Shown here piece by piece: positions 10,029 to 19,800 of a stretch of DNA of 64,000 nt. A program made the translations under genes and the position numbers. Below the pieces are notes generated by a model. It was not told the DNA's origin and ran no database searches. It was given only the letters and a program-made list of their open reading frames with translations. The first letter of the stretch is position 1. Each line of letters begins with the position of its first letter. The stretch lies in contig CAWDNU010000001.1 of assembly GCA_963803705.1 (NCBI GenBank), forward strand, positions 1 to 64,000, written 5' to 3'. The DNA comes from an uncultured Pseudobdellovibrionaceae bacterium. Lineage in GTDB: Bacteria; Bdellovibrionota; Bdellovibrionia; Bdellovibrionales; UBA1609.

Positions 10029-10544
10029 TTATTTTGGGACAACAACATATTTTTCCATAGAAGGAATCCACCACTTAGAAGATGTGACATAAAGATTTGC
10101 TTCAAATTCTTCGTTTAAGCGATCTCCGAAATGAACCTCATAATGCTTACCAGAAGTATCTTTAGCCATTCTGGGTGCAGCACCACCTGATTTTGCAAGC
10201 AGTCCCCAAACGAACTTAGGTTTTTTTACAATGACCTCAATCGGCTCATAATTGGGGTCATCAATAAGGCACTGAACTTTTCTGCTTTTGGTCTGAGCTT
10301 TCATATATGACAATTTAGTAAAAACAATATCCATCACCACAGCACTTAATAATATAACTAACCAAGGGATTCTTTGCATAAGAACAACGCCTTTCATAAG
10401 CCCAAACTTAATTACAAGTGACATCAGCATCGACGACAAAAATAACAAAACCACTAAACTAACAAAAATCGTTACCCTTTTTATAGATTTGGATGTCAGT
10501 AAAAATATTGAATGTTCTAAATTTACATTTTTAGTCATAATCAT
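10029..10544 (-). CDS. Membrane protein with two predicted TM helices
   Basis: Two hydrophobic stretches; GAGG RBS. Confidence 0.7.
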   Translation of the reverse strand: MIMTKNVNLEHSIFLLTSKSIKRVTIFVSLVVLLFLSSMLMSLVIKFGLMKGVVLMQRIPWLVILLSAVVMDIVFTKLSYMKAQTKSRKVQCLIDDPNYEPIEVIVKKPKFVWGLLAKSGGAAPRMAKDTSGKHYEVHFGDRLNEEFEANLYVTSSKWWIPSMEKYVVVPK

Positions 10545-10557
10545 AGACCTCTAAAGT

Positions 10558-10585
10558 TTTTCGGTAATTTTATGAATACGGTTTA
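10558..10585 (-). promoter_or_regulatory. Putative sigma28/FliA-type promoter
   Basis: TAAA-N16-ACCGAAAA just upstream of the RBS of 10544. Confidence 0.5.
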
Positions 10586-10895
10586 GTAAATTTGAATTGA
10601 ACTCAATTTTTGGTGTAGCCTAGGACTTAGTGTTTTAATTTGAAACAATTAGTGCTTTTAAAACTATTTAGATTCAGTTTGTTATTGGCTGCTCTTTAAT
10701 TCTACTATAAATCTAAAGCTCAATAATATGAAGTTCTGTTGAATCCACAGAGAGTGTGCGGCACCTTAAAAATATAATCAGCTAAAATAATATTTGGCAC
10801 CGTTCTTGATATATAAAGTCTATAATTGGTACAAACAAAACAGCTTGGTTGTGTTTGTACAAGTATTGGTCAGTTGACTAAACATAGGAGTTTTC

Positions 10896-11828
10896 ATGTT
10901 TTTACAAAAGAAAAAAAAACTAAATGCTGTCATAATTTTTATTGTCTTCATTTCTGGCTATTCAGCCTTTGCTCAAAGCACTGATGGGATTTGTGACCCA
11001 GCTTTATATAAGGGAAAAAATCTTAATTCACAAACTCTAGAGGTATTGAAACAGGTCTGTAGCAAAGAAAGAGTAAGTATATCTATTAGAACAGTTCGGA
11101 ATGGCGACAGAGTCACTATTACAAAAACAGTAAATGACGTAACAACAACACAAATAATCGAAAATGTGCCCAAAGGCTATACTGCAAATCTCAATGAAAA
11201 TGGTGAGATAATACTAACCCCACCATTCCAACCTTCAAATGAAACACTTGCTAGGATAGGTGAAAATTTTGATTGGACTAAACTTAACAATGATGAAAAA
11301 AAGGAATTAGATCAGTGCATAAAAATTAGGTCATGCAATGCTTCAGCTTATAAAAAAGGCTTGGAATTTAGAAACTTTCATTCAGATTCAATGGAATTAT
11401 CTGCCTGTGTTGCTTCAAACGATTGCGATCTTGAAGCATATATTATTTCACGTAATTACAGAGACTTCCATGATGATGCTTTAGAGTTTTCAGAATGTGT
11501 AATGGCAAAAAAATGTGATGTAGATGCTTACAAAGCCTCACGGAGCTTCAGAGACTTTAGGGACGACGCTTTTGAACTATCTAAATGCGTTGCCAAGCAA
11601 AAATGTGATCTTGAAGCGTTTGAATTATCAAGGTCTGAAAGGAAATTTTTTGACGATGCAATTGAAATTTCTAAATGTGTTAAAAGTGGCGAGTGCGATA
11701 TTGAGGTTTATTTGGAGTCTATTCATGATAGAGCATTTCATGATGATGCGTTAGAGAACTCCAAACGGTTTCGATTAAAAAGGAACTCAGATCAAGTAGA
11801 TGGTAATAGTAACTTAGGGATAGAGTAA
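10896..11828 (+). CDS. Secreted protein with five tandem 30-aa Cys-containing repeats
   Basis: Signal peptide (SAFA/Q); repeat CVxxxxCDxxAYxxSRxxRxFHDDAxExSx at 90-bp spacing from 11316; AGGAG RBS. Confidence 0.85.
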   Translation: MFLQKKKKLNAVIIFIVFISGYSAFAQSTDGICDPALYKGKNLNSQTLEVLKQVCSKERVSISIRTVRNGDRVTITKTVNDVTTTQIIENVPKGYTANLNENGEIILTPPFQPSNETLARIGENFDWTKLNNDEKKELDQCIKIRSCNASAYKKGLEFRNFHSDSMELSACVASNDCDLEAYIISRNYRDFHDDALEFSECVMAKKCDVDAYKASRSFRDFRDDAFELSKCVAKQKCDLEAFELSRSERKFFDDAIEISKCVKSGECDIEVYLESIHDRAFHDDALENSKRFRLKRNSDQVDGNSNLGIE

Positions 11829-11961
11829 ACCTCTGCCAAGGTTTTTAAACAATGAAAAAATTGTTTTGGTTCTAAAGCAACCAATTATCCCCCATATCAA
11901 ATCCAATAGAATTGATTTGAGCCTCAAAATCCAAGCACTCAGTTATAAAATCATCTACTCG

Positions 11962-11987
11962 TCTCCGCCAGTTTTAATCTTCCTTCA
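11962..11987 (+). repeat. Internal att junction: copy of the tRNA 3' end plus downstream flank
   Basis: TCTCCGCCAGTTTTAATCTTCCTTCA vs 6238-6263 TCTCCGCCAGTTTGAATCTTCCTTCA (25/26 identical). Confidence 0.9.
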
Positions 11988-12035
11988 ATTAAATTAGACA
12001 CTTACCATAAAATAGATAATTATTTCTACAGGATA

Positions 12036-12064
12036 TTGCAAAAGTTCTCCACTAGTGATACACT
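12036..12064 (+). promoter_or_regulatory. sigma70 promoter of the TA operon with an overlapping palindromic operator
   Basis: TTGCAA-N17-TACACT with extended TG; AGTG-ATA-CACT palindrome at 12054-12064. Confidence 0.6.
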
Positions 12065-12081
12065 TTTAGTAGAGGTTTAAA

Positions 12082-12303
12082 ATGCCAACAAAAAAACCTA
12101 GATTAAACGTTGTTCTAGATTCTGAGCTTTATGATTTAGTCGAAAAAATATCCAAGCATGATGACAAATCCATGTCCACTGTCGCTAAAGAACTTATCGA
12201 AGATGCCCTAGAGAGACATGAAGATCTTCTGTTGTCTGAAATCGCAATGAAACGTGAAGCCAAATCAAAAAAAAGAGTTTCACATGATAAAGCCTGGAAA
12301 TAA
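12082..12303 (+). CDS. Ribbon-helix-helix antitoxin (RelB/CopG-like)
   Basis: MPTKKPRLNVVL RHH pattern; ...ED..L...A..R.......SHDKAW tail; overlaps the toxin gene. Confidence 0.85.
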   Translation: MPTKKPRLNVVLDSELYDLVEKISKHDDKSMSTVAKELIEDALERHEDLLLSEIAMKREAKSKKRVSHDKAWK

Positions 12304-12568
12304 TTGTTTTGTTATTGAATATCTAGATACGGTTATTAAAAAAGATATTCCAAAGTTACCAAAAACAATAAAGCTCCGAATTAAAAATGCCATTGAAACC
12401 AGGCTTACTGTTGATCCGATTGGTTTAGGTAAACCCCTAAGATATAGCTTCTTTGGGCATCGAAGAACACGTGTTGGCGACTATAGAATTGTATTTAGAG
12501 TCGACATGGAAAATTATGTTGTTCTTATTGTCATGATTAAACACAGAAAAGATGTTTATGAAGATTAA
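12284..12568 (+). CDS. relE: RelE/StbE family toxin
   Basis: GKPLRYSFFGHRRTRVGDYRIVF...IKHRKDVYE. Confidence 0.9.
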   Translation: MIKPGNNCFVIEYLDTVIKKDIPKLPKTIKLRIKNAIETRLTVDPIGLGKPLRYSFFGHRRTRVGDYRIVFRVDMENYVVLIVMIKHRKDVYED

Positions 12569-12584
12569 AAAAGACTATACAAAT

Positions 12585-13382
12585 TTAGCACCCATTATAA
12601 ACGACCCAATCAATTTTAGAGAAATCACTTTTCATAAAGTTTTCTTTTTGCACACCCAATATGCCATCACCTTCATAACCAGGAGCATCGAAAATTAACC
12701 ACTCCTCTTTTACGGAGCTATCAGTAATTTCAAGTGTTCCTAGAAGTTCATCAATAGCATTCTGGCCATACTCTTTACCATCAACATCTCTGATTTTCTG
12801 AACTACATTTTTGATTAAACAGTTATTAGAATACCCTATGTTTAAAATATCTCGGTCTTTTGTTTTACTCATTTCTAAACACATTTCATCAGTCTTACAA
12901 TCTTCTCTTGTTTCCTTTGCTGTAAGTCTTTTTTGATGAATAGATCTAATGATTATTTCTGGATCTTTTAAACTCGTTTTGTAAATTGTATTCTTATCAG
13001 TTATTAAATTTGAACATTTATGGCTTTTGATTTTCTCCGCCTTGGTCCATTTAAATTTAATACTTTTGTTGGAACTTAAAATTAGCAAGGGTGCGGAATT
13101 ATTAGTCAAAACGAAGGACGGAGCTTGTATACTTCCGCCTCTACAATTTTGAATACCACCATCTCCAATATATTTTGTTTTTTTTATACCAGATCCATCA
13201 ACAATATATAAGTTTGTAGTTTTTTTAATTGAAGGGTTATCTATAGAAATTTTATTTTCAACAATATCGCCGATAAAAATTTTTATCTTATTCTTCATTA
13301 GAAGTTCTGACTTTTCTAAAAACTGACTAGAGTAAGCAAAATTTGCATTAAAGACCAGGCTAAGTAGTATTACAATTTTCAT
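12585..13382 (-). CDS. Secreted hypothetical protein
   Basis: 265-aa ORF with signal peptide. Confidence 0.7.
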   Translation of the reverse strand: MKIVILLSLVFNANFAYSSQFLEKSELLMKNKIKIFIGDIVENKISIDNPSIKKTTNLYIVDGSGIKKTKYIGDGGIQNCRGGSIQAPSFVLTNNSAPLLILSSNKSIKFKWTKAEKIKSHKCSNLITDKNTIYKTSLKDPEIIIRSIHQKRLTAKETREDCKTDEMCLEMSKTKDRDILNIGYSNNCLIKNVVQKIRDVDGKEYGQNAIDELLGTLEITDSSVKEEWLIFDAPGYEGDGILGVQKENFMKSDFSKIDWVVYNGC

Positions 13383-13421
13383 TTTGAATAAGTCCCTGAA
13401 AAAACCTGTAAATATTTAAAA

Positions 13422-14087
13422 TTAATTTAACTCTTTAAAGTCATTTTTATAAGGCTCCTTAACTTCTGCCTCTAAGACACAATCAAAGTCAATCTTAGTG
13501 CTGCCCAGCTCACCTGGGATACCCCAGCTTTGATCAACTATTAGAAAGGGAATATTTTCATTGGCTGTGGCTGTCCTTTGACCTGTTTGACTAATGCTAA
13601 GACCGTCAGTACCCAATTCATAATATTTAAGATCAATTTTCAGACTCACTTCGATTGTATTTTCTATTTCATATTTCTTGATATCATTAGGGTTAGACAT
13701 AGTTAAATTTAGTTTATCAATAAAACTTAAATTCATTTCAATATCGTAACTAGTAGTTATGTTATCAATATCATGATCAAAACTATAATTTTTAGATTCT
13801 GAACCCGAACTTAGAATATTAAATATTGTAAACTTTTGATAACCTTTTAGTTTTCCTGGTCCAACCGCAAATGGCTCATCAGTCGCCCTTATAAGCGTAA
13901 TTGTATGACTGCAATTTAACTCAAGTTTAGAGTACTTGGCACGTGCCGCTTCTAACAAGGTCATCTGACTAAGACTTCTTTGAATCATAGGTTTTTCTTC
14001 ACTGTCTTTTTTTTGATTTGATCCATTTGTGCTGTCGCAAGAAATAAAACAAAAAAATGAAACGAAACTTAAAAATACAATTTTCAT
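13422..14087 (-). CDS. Hypothetical lipoprotein
   Basis: Lipobox-like FISC after a hydrophobic leader. Confidence 0.7.
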   Translation of the reverse strand: MKIVFLSFVSFFCFISCDSTNGSNQKKDSEEKPMIQRSLSQMTLLEAARAKYSKLELNCSHTITLIRATDEPFAVGPGKLKGYQKFTIFNILSSGSESKNYSFDHDIDNITTSYDIEMNLSFIDKLNLTMSNPNDIKKYEIENTIEVSLKIDLKYYELGTDGLSISQTGQRTATANENIPFLIVDQSWGIPGELGSTKIDFDCVLEAEVKEPYKNDFKELN

Positions 14088-14281
14088 GCTAACCCCAACT
14101 AAGTTCTAATTGAGATAATTTCATTATAGAAATGGAAAGAAAACAAGATTAATCACTAAATTCCACAAATATCCAAAACTTGAAAGTCTTTCAGGTTTAT
14201 ATTCTATATTTAATAATTCTTAGTAATATTATATATTTAAGCCCTCAAATACATAACTTAATATTAATTGTAAAAGAGGAT

Positions 14282-14298
14282 TCCCTCCCTCTCCGCCA
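14282..14298 (+). repeat. attR-like direct repeat of the tRNA-Ser 3' end
   Basis: TCCCTCCCTCTCCGCCA is identical to 6230-6246 (17 bp). Confidence 0.92.
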
Positions 14299-14657
14299 AG
14301 TCTTATTAAATCACTAAAATTATACATCTTTTCGATGTCGTTTTGGTCTAGACCCACTTCTTCAATACGTGCGTACCTAATCAAAAAATCTTTTTGCTTA
14401 AATTGAACTTACCTGGGTTCTGATCGGACAATGTATTAAAATCCTTACCCCCCCACCCCACGTTATCGGGAAATACTCTTGGTAAGTTTTTGGACACTCT
14501 AAACATGACAATGATATTTAGTTATTTCTTTCAATCTACATCTCCCACCTTTCGTTTCTAATTTTGATGCGAAAATGTATTTAATAGTCTCGTAGGCTGA
14601 TATCAGAAGGTTCAATCTAGCTTAGTATTAAAAGCTAATATTAAGAATGTTTCAAAT

Positions 14658-16193
14658 TTACCAATCGATTGGGCGGTAATCTTTAAGAAATTTTCCGCAC
14701 CAATGCTGACCGGTTAGAATTCCGTTGAAGAATGGATCACAAATTCGAGCAGCGCCGTCCACTATGTCGAGTGGGGGCTGAAAATCATGAATCTCTTCTT
14801 TACTTTTTGCAAGTTGGACTGGATCCTCGTCAGTCACCCAACCTGTATCTACCGCGTTCACAAAAATACCGTAATCTGAAAGTTCACCAGACACAGTATT
14901 TGTCATCATATTTAATGCTGCCTTCGCCATGTTAGTATGAGGATGGCGAGCTTCTTTTTTAAATCTTTGAAATTTACCTTCCATAGCAGTGACGTTAACA
15001 ATGTGTTTTTTGCCCGTATTGTCTTTTTTCATCATAGGAGCCAAAACATTGCAAAGCACAAACGGAGCAATGGCGTTGACTAACTGAACTTCGATCATCT
15101 CTGAAGTTTGGATCTCGCCTATCTTAAGCCGCCAGCTATTTACTTTTCTTAAGTCTACTTGTTGCAAATCAACATCTAACTTATTTGCTGGAAACAGCTC
15201 TTTGCTATCTAAATTATCAGCGTAAGAATAAGGAATCTGCGACAACTGCGCCGAACTTGAAAGCCCCACTGCATGACCCTGTCCGTGCCACACAACCGGC
15301 GTATTATTGGCAGTAGCTGTCTTATCTAAAGTTGGTAAATTTGTAACTTCGGTACACAAAGAGTATTGAAAAAGAAGGTTTTGTTGATCGGTGGTTAGGT
15401 TTTCAAGGTTTTGGTTCTCAATATTCATTAAATGCTTGTAAAAACTAGGCGGCCTTCTAACAGTTTGAGCCGCGTTATTTAAGAGTAAGTCTAGACGATC
15501 ATATTTTTGTTCCACGTACTTAGCAAAAAGTTCAACACTTGGGGTGTGCCTAAGATCAAGCCCATAAATATCTAATCGGTGCCCCCAGCATTTAAAATCT
15601 GGCTCTTTGGAATACCGAATTGCCGAATCTTTCGGAAATCTTGTGGTAGCAATCACCTTTGCACCGGCCCTTAACATCATAAGAGTAGCGTGATAGCCAA
15701 TTTTAAGTCTAGATCCTGTGATCAATGCTACTTGCCCTGTTAAATCAGCAGTTTGAAATCTTTTTTTATAGTTAAGCTCGGCACATGGCATACACATGGT
15801 GTCGTAGAAATGATGTAGAATTTTGAATCTACTTAAACAAACATAACAAGACCGAGCAGATTTCAATTCGCCGGTTATTAATTTTGCAGTTTGGTCTGAT
15901 GGTAGGCAAACTTGAACCGGGGCTGAAAATACATCAGCTGTTCTAGCTGATCGAATTCCTGTCTTACCTCTTAGTTTGCGATCGTATATATTTTTTACTT
16001 TCTTTTGTTGCGCCTTAATCTGTTTTCCACGCTGTTCAGTTTCTTTTCTGCTAGGGCGGGACAACTTACCAGCTGCCATCATAAGTTTCTTTCTTTCCTC
16101 TTTTGTCAAAAGCCCCAGCTTAATAGGATCCTTTACTAAGGCTTCCAAAGCGTTAGTTACCAAACGAAGTGACTCAGACGTAAGCTTTGTCAC
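14658..16193 (-). CDS. Extended SDR-family oxidoreductase with N-terminal CxxC..CxxC region
   Basis: [46 protein letters not shown] and CMPC. Confidence 0.85.
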   Translation of the reverse strand: MTKLTSESLRLVTNALEALVKDPIKLGLLTKEERKKLMMAAGKLSRPSRKETEQRGKQIKAQQKKVKNIYDRKLRGKTGIRSARTADVFSAPVQVCLPSDQTAKLITGELKSARSCYVCLSRFKILHHFYDTMCMPCAELNYKKRFQTADLTGQVALITGSRLKIGYHATLMMLRAGAKVIATTRFPKDSAIRYSKEPDFKCWGHRLDIYGLDLRHTPSVELFAKYVEQKYDRLDLLLNNAAQTVRRPPSFYKHLMNIENQNLENLTTDQQNLLFQYSLCTEVTNLPTLDKTATANNTPVVWHGQGHAVGLSSSAQLSQIPYSYADNLDSKELFPANKLDVDLQQVDLRKVNSWRLKIGEIQTSEMIEVQLVNAIAPFVLCNVLAPMMKKDNTGKKHIVNVTAMEGKFQRFKKEARHPHTNMAKAALNMMTNTVSGELSDYGIFVNAVDTGWVTDEDPVQLAKSKEEIHDFQPPLDIVDGAARICDPFFNGILTGQHWCGKFLKDYRPIDW

Positions 16194-17461
16194 TTAAGTT
16201 GTTCCACCATATCGCCCGCCGCTATCCACCCAGTTGTCCATGCACTCTGAAAGTTGAACCCACCAGTTATACCGTCGATATCCAGTATCTCACCAGCAAA
16301 GTGAAGGCGCGAGTTGATTTTACTTTGCATAGTTTTGAAATCAATTTCATTCAAACTAACGCCACCGCACTCAACAAATTCATCTTTGTAACGATTTTTA
16401 CCCAGAATTTCGAACCGAGATGCCACCAGGTTTTGAACTATTATTCTTAGCTCTTTTTTTGAAAGATTAGCCCACTGTTTTTCTAGATCAATTTCACACT
16501 TGGCAAGTAAGCTTAGCCAAAACCTCTTAGGTAGTTCCCTTGGATAAGTGTTTGCAATCAAGGTTTTTGGATCTTCAGTTTTAATCTTTTGCAAAAAATT
16601 TTCAACTTCGGTAAATTTTTTATCTCCCATCCAATTCACAGTTAATACCGAAATGTAATTAGACCTTTTCATTTCGCGAGCAGCCCATGCAGAAAGTTTT
16701 AGTATAGCAGGGCCACTTAACCCCCAATGTGTAATTAGGGATGGTCCTTTTTGCCTAAAAGTTTGTTTATCAGGTAAAGTTAGTGTTAGTGAGGTTTCAA
16801 AGCTTAGACCTGGTAAATCTTTAATTAGATTATCCTCGATTTTGAAACTAAACAGAGAAGGTGCTCTTTCAGAGATTGTGTGCCCCATTGCCTCTGCTAG
16901 TTTATATCCCCCTGGTGAACTTCCAGTGGCGACTAAAACAGCATCAGCTAGAAAGGATTCTTTATCTTTAATCATAAGTTCTATTTGGCCGCTTGGCGCT
17001 TCATTCATATCGTTGATGATATGATTGGCCATCAGCTTTACTTCGTGTTTTTCAGCCAGATCGAGGTAGCAATTAATTATGGTGTCAGAACTATTGCTGG
17101 TTGGAAACATCCGGCCGTCCTTTTCAGCGACTAGCTCAATGCCAGAATTTTTAAACCACTCTACTGTGTCTTTAGCTTGAAACCTCTGCATGGGTGACAA
17201 TAACTCTTTTTGCCCTCTTGGGTAATTTTGACAAAGACTTCTAACTTCGAAAAGGTTATGAGTAACATTGCAACGACCTCCACCAGATATTTTTACTTTT
17301 TTCAAATAGGTACTTGAGGACTCAAAAATTCTTATATCTAGCTTCACTCCCTTTTTTTCAGCAAATTGGGCAGCACAAATGGCCGAAAAGAAACCAGCGG
17401 CTCCTCCTCCTACTATGGCTATTCTTTTTGTAAAAGAGTTGTTTGGGCTTATACTTCTCAC
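16190..17461 (-). CDS. HI0933/YhiN/BaiN-family flavoprotein
   Basis: [54 protein letters not shown]. Confidence 0.95.
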   Translation of the reverse strand: MRSISPNNSFTKRIAIVGGGAAGFFSAICAAQFAEKKGVKLDIRIFESSSTYLKKVKISGGGRCNVTHNLFEVRSLCQNYPRGQKELLSPMQRFQAKDTVEWFKNSGIELVAEKDGRMFPTSNSSDTIINCYLDLAEKHEVKLMANHIINDMNEAPSGQIELMIKDKESFLADAVLVATGSSPGGYKLAEAMGHTISERAPSLFSFKIEDNLIKDLPGLSFETSLTLTLPDKQTFRQKGPSLITHWGLSGPAILKLSAWAAREMKRSNYISVLTVNWMGDKKFTEVENFLQKIKTEDPKTLIANTYPRELPKRFWLSLLAKCEIDLEKQWANLSKKELRIIVQNLVASRFEILGKNRYKDEFVECGGVSLNEIDFKTMQSKINSRLHFAGEILDIDGITGGFNFQSAWTTGWIAAGDMVEQLK

Positions 17462-18759
17462 GAGTTACCCGCATCAATTAATCTTTCGCTATCTACGATT
17501 TTCTTCGCAAAATTTATAATAATTTGCTGTTGGTGCTCGTAGTGCTCATCGCTAAATATTGCTTCTTCGTTGAATAAAAGTTGAGCTAAAGCTTTAAGGT
17601 CTTTATAAATGCTACCGCTTTTTTTAGTGAAAAGACTTTCTAAAATATGGCCCTCTTCAATATTTTTGTAGCTTGGAAAAATTATTTTTTCTTCCAAATC
17701 TTTTATCAGGTTAACAACTTCGTCAGGTCTATAATCTTCGTTTATCACATGAGCCAGTAATTTTAAGGGTCCACTACTTGCCTCATGCTCGAAAAGACTT
17801 TTATTAACTTTCTGATAATGATCTTCATACTTAGTAAACCACTTCAAGTCCATAAATCGAAAGCGCATTTGTTCAACTATATAAAATGTGGTTTCTGGCT
17901 GTAATCCAAATTCATCGTTGTAAAGCCCTTCGTAAAGTGCCAGTTGGCTAGCAGTGCTGATCAATCCTAACAAGTGATTTAAATAGTGTGTAGCAAATTT
18001 CGAGTCGGATTCAAACAAGAATTGAAAGTACAAGATTCGCTTAATTGTCAGTTCATCAATATTACACTGACGATAGCTTATACCCGATGAAAGATGATGC
18101 CACTGAGAAAGCTCTTTGTCATTAACTGTGCGAATACATAGGGTTACCGTTGGATCATCTAAGTGAAGAACCCTATGGACTAAATCCATGGCTGGTTGAA
18201 TTTTTCTTGAATCACCTTTTTTTAGAATTTCAGTTTTTTTTCTAACCACTGTCGAGCTTAAAACATCAGATTTTATTTTCTCGCCAGAGGTGTGCTTTCT
18301 AGCAAGATCATCGGTTGTCTGGACCACGAACTCTTCGTGAAGAGATTTACCATAAAGTACTTTAAACGCACCACGAAAACCATGAGAATGTATTAAAGTA
18401 TCATTTTTGCGCCAAAAATAAATGTCTACAGCAAATTTGCCATTATTGAAAACTGATACCGAGGGTTCGCCGAAAACGTTATAGAGATTCACCTGTTGGG
18501 GTAGCACAGATTTTCTTAAAAGCCACTCTGACATGGCTTGCTCGAAATCTTCGAATCTGAAATTCATTTCCAAATGCAGAAGGGCACTTTCGGCGATACT
18601 TGGGAAGCCTGCAAGTTCATAGACTTTTTCGATTTCTTCGCCTAAAGCCAAAAGTTGATTAAGGGGTTTTAAAGCTATATCAGTAGGATCAACTGGTTTA
18701 CTTTCCAAACTTGCGCTGTTCAGAACTTTAGGTTTGTCGACCTGACTTTTGGCTTTCAT
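17458..18759 (-). CDS. Hypothetical protein with a cupin-like His triad
   Basis: IHSHGFRGAFKVLYG ... LVHRVLH..PTVTLCIRT. Confidence 0.6.
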   Translation of the reverse strand: MKAKSQVDKPKVLNSASLESKPVDPTDIALKPLNQLLALGEEIEKVYELAGFPSIAESALLHLEMNFRFEDFEQAMSEWLLRKSVLPQQVNLYNVFGEPSVSVFNNGKFAVDIYFWRKNDTLIHSHGFRGAFKVLYGKSLHEEFVVQTTDDLARKHTSGEKIKSDVLSSTVVRKKTEILKKGDSRKIQPAMDLVHRVLHLDDPTVTLCIRTVNDKELSQWHHLSSGISYRQCNIDELTIKRILYFQFLFESDSKFATHYLNHLLGLISTASQLALYEGLYNDEFGLQPETTFYIVEQMRFRFMDLKWFTKYEDHYQKVNKSLFEHEASSGPLKLLAHVINEDYRPDEVVNLIKDLEEKIIFPSYKNIEEGHILESLFTKKSGSIYKDLKALAQLLFNEEAIFSDEHYEHQQQIIINFAKKIVDSERLIDAGNS

Positions 18760-18865
18760 AATTATGCACCTCTGGCTATAAGTTTAAGCTGTACACTAGC
18801 TTTTGGGTATATGCCCATTAGTATTTTAGACAGACTATTTTTTGCAATTTTACCTAAGGTTGAAC

Positions 18866-18895
18866 GTTATTGATAGTTGATCACCTATCAATAAC
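18866..18895. promoter_or_regulatory. 30-bp near-perfect palindrome in a divergent intergenic region (operator-like)
   Basis: GTTATTGATAG-T-TGATCA-C-CTATCAATAAC with one mismatch. Confidence 0.5.
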
Positions 18896-19057
18896 ACTTA
18901 TGAAATCGCTGACAAATTCAAGTTTTATATATTAAAACAATTGAAGTTCGGACTAGTAGTAACTAATCTTGGGACAATACTTCGTTTGGCTAAATTATTC
19001 GTGATCGATGACTTAACAAATCTAGACCAAAAAGCTTTAAACTTTCACAAGGAAAAT

Positions 19058-19597
19058 ATGGCACTTAAATCTTCAGTTTTTAAGGCGAATGTGAGCCTTT
19101 CAAATCTAAATTTGCAATATTATGACGAAGTTTCGCTTACTTTAGCTCTTCATCCATCAGAAACCGAGCAGCGTTTGATGTTTCGGTTGATCGCTTACCT
19201 TTACTGTGCGAGCGAGCGATTAGAATTTACAATTGGTCTTAATGATCCTGATCTACCAGACATCTGGGCTAAAGATCTTACTGGACAAGTTGAGCATTGG
19301 ATTGAACTTGGATTTCCAGACGACAAAAAAATTAGAAAAGCAATCGGAAGATCAAATTTGGTTTCGATATTTACCTATAATCGATTTAAAGCAAAAGTAT
19401 GGTTAGACAAAGTTGCACATTCAATAAAAACTAATGATAAAGTTCAGATCTACCATTTTGATGAGACTGAGCCGGGGTCACTAGAGGCTATTGTCAAAAA
19501 ATCGATGAGTTTAAACTGCGTGATTGAGGACCAACAAATCTTTTTAAGTGACGATAACTTTAGGGCGCAAATCGATATCAGCTGTGAAATATCTTAA
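19058..19597 (+). CDS. yaeQ: YaeQ family protein
   Basis: MALKSSVFKA..LALHPSET..RLM.RL.AY..PDIW..DLTG..WIELG.PD; RBS before the ATG at 19058. Confidence 0.92.
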   Translation: MALKSSVFKANVSLSNLNLQYYDEVSLTLALHPSETEQRLMFRLIAYLYCASERLEFTIGLNDPDLPDIWAKDLTGQVEHWIELGFPDDKKIRKAIGRSNLVSIFTYNRFKAKVWLDKVAHSIKTNDKVQIYHFDETEPGSLEAIVKKSMSLNCVIEDQQIFLSDDNFRAQIDISCEIS

Positions 19598-19765
19598 CGA
19601 AATTTATTTTTCACAAAAATTGCATTCAAACCTTTGGTATAGCTTCTGCCGAGCTTAACATAGTCCTTGGTCTAAATAGATTTAAGTTTTAAAAAAACCA
19701 CATTAAAAGTCTGTACGATTTCCCTAATTTCTCATCTGAACAAATAAGCTTAAAGGTTTTATTTA

Positions 19766-19793
19766 TAAAGTGAATTGGCTTAAATGTCGATTA
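19766..19793 (+). promoter_or_regulatory. Putative sigma28/FliA-type promoter
   Basis: TAAA-N16-GTCGATTA immediately upstream of the kinase ORF. Confidence 0.4.
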
Positions 19794-19800
19794 CACATTA

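Larger units (their letters stand above)
6230..14298. mobile_element. Degenerate tandem genomic island integrated at tRNA-Ser (segments about 6247-11970 and 11971-14298)
   Basis: tRNA 3'-end repeats at 11962 and 14282; VapE/recombinase remnant; TA module; AT-rich ORFans. Confidence 0.85.
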
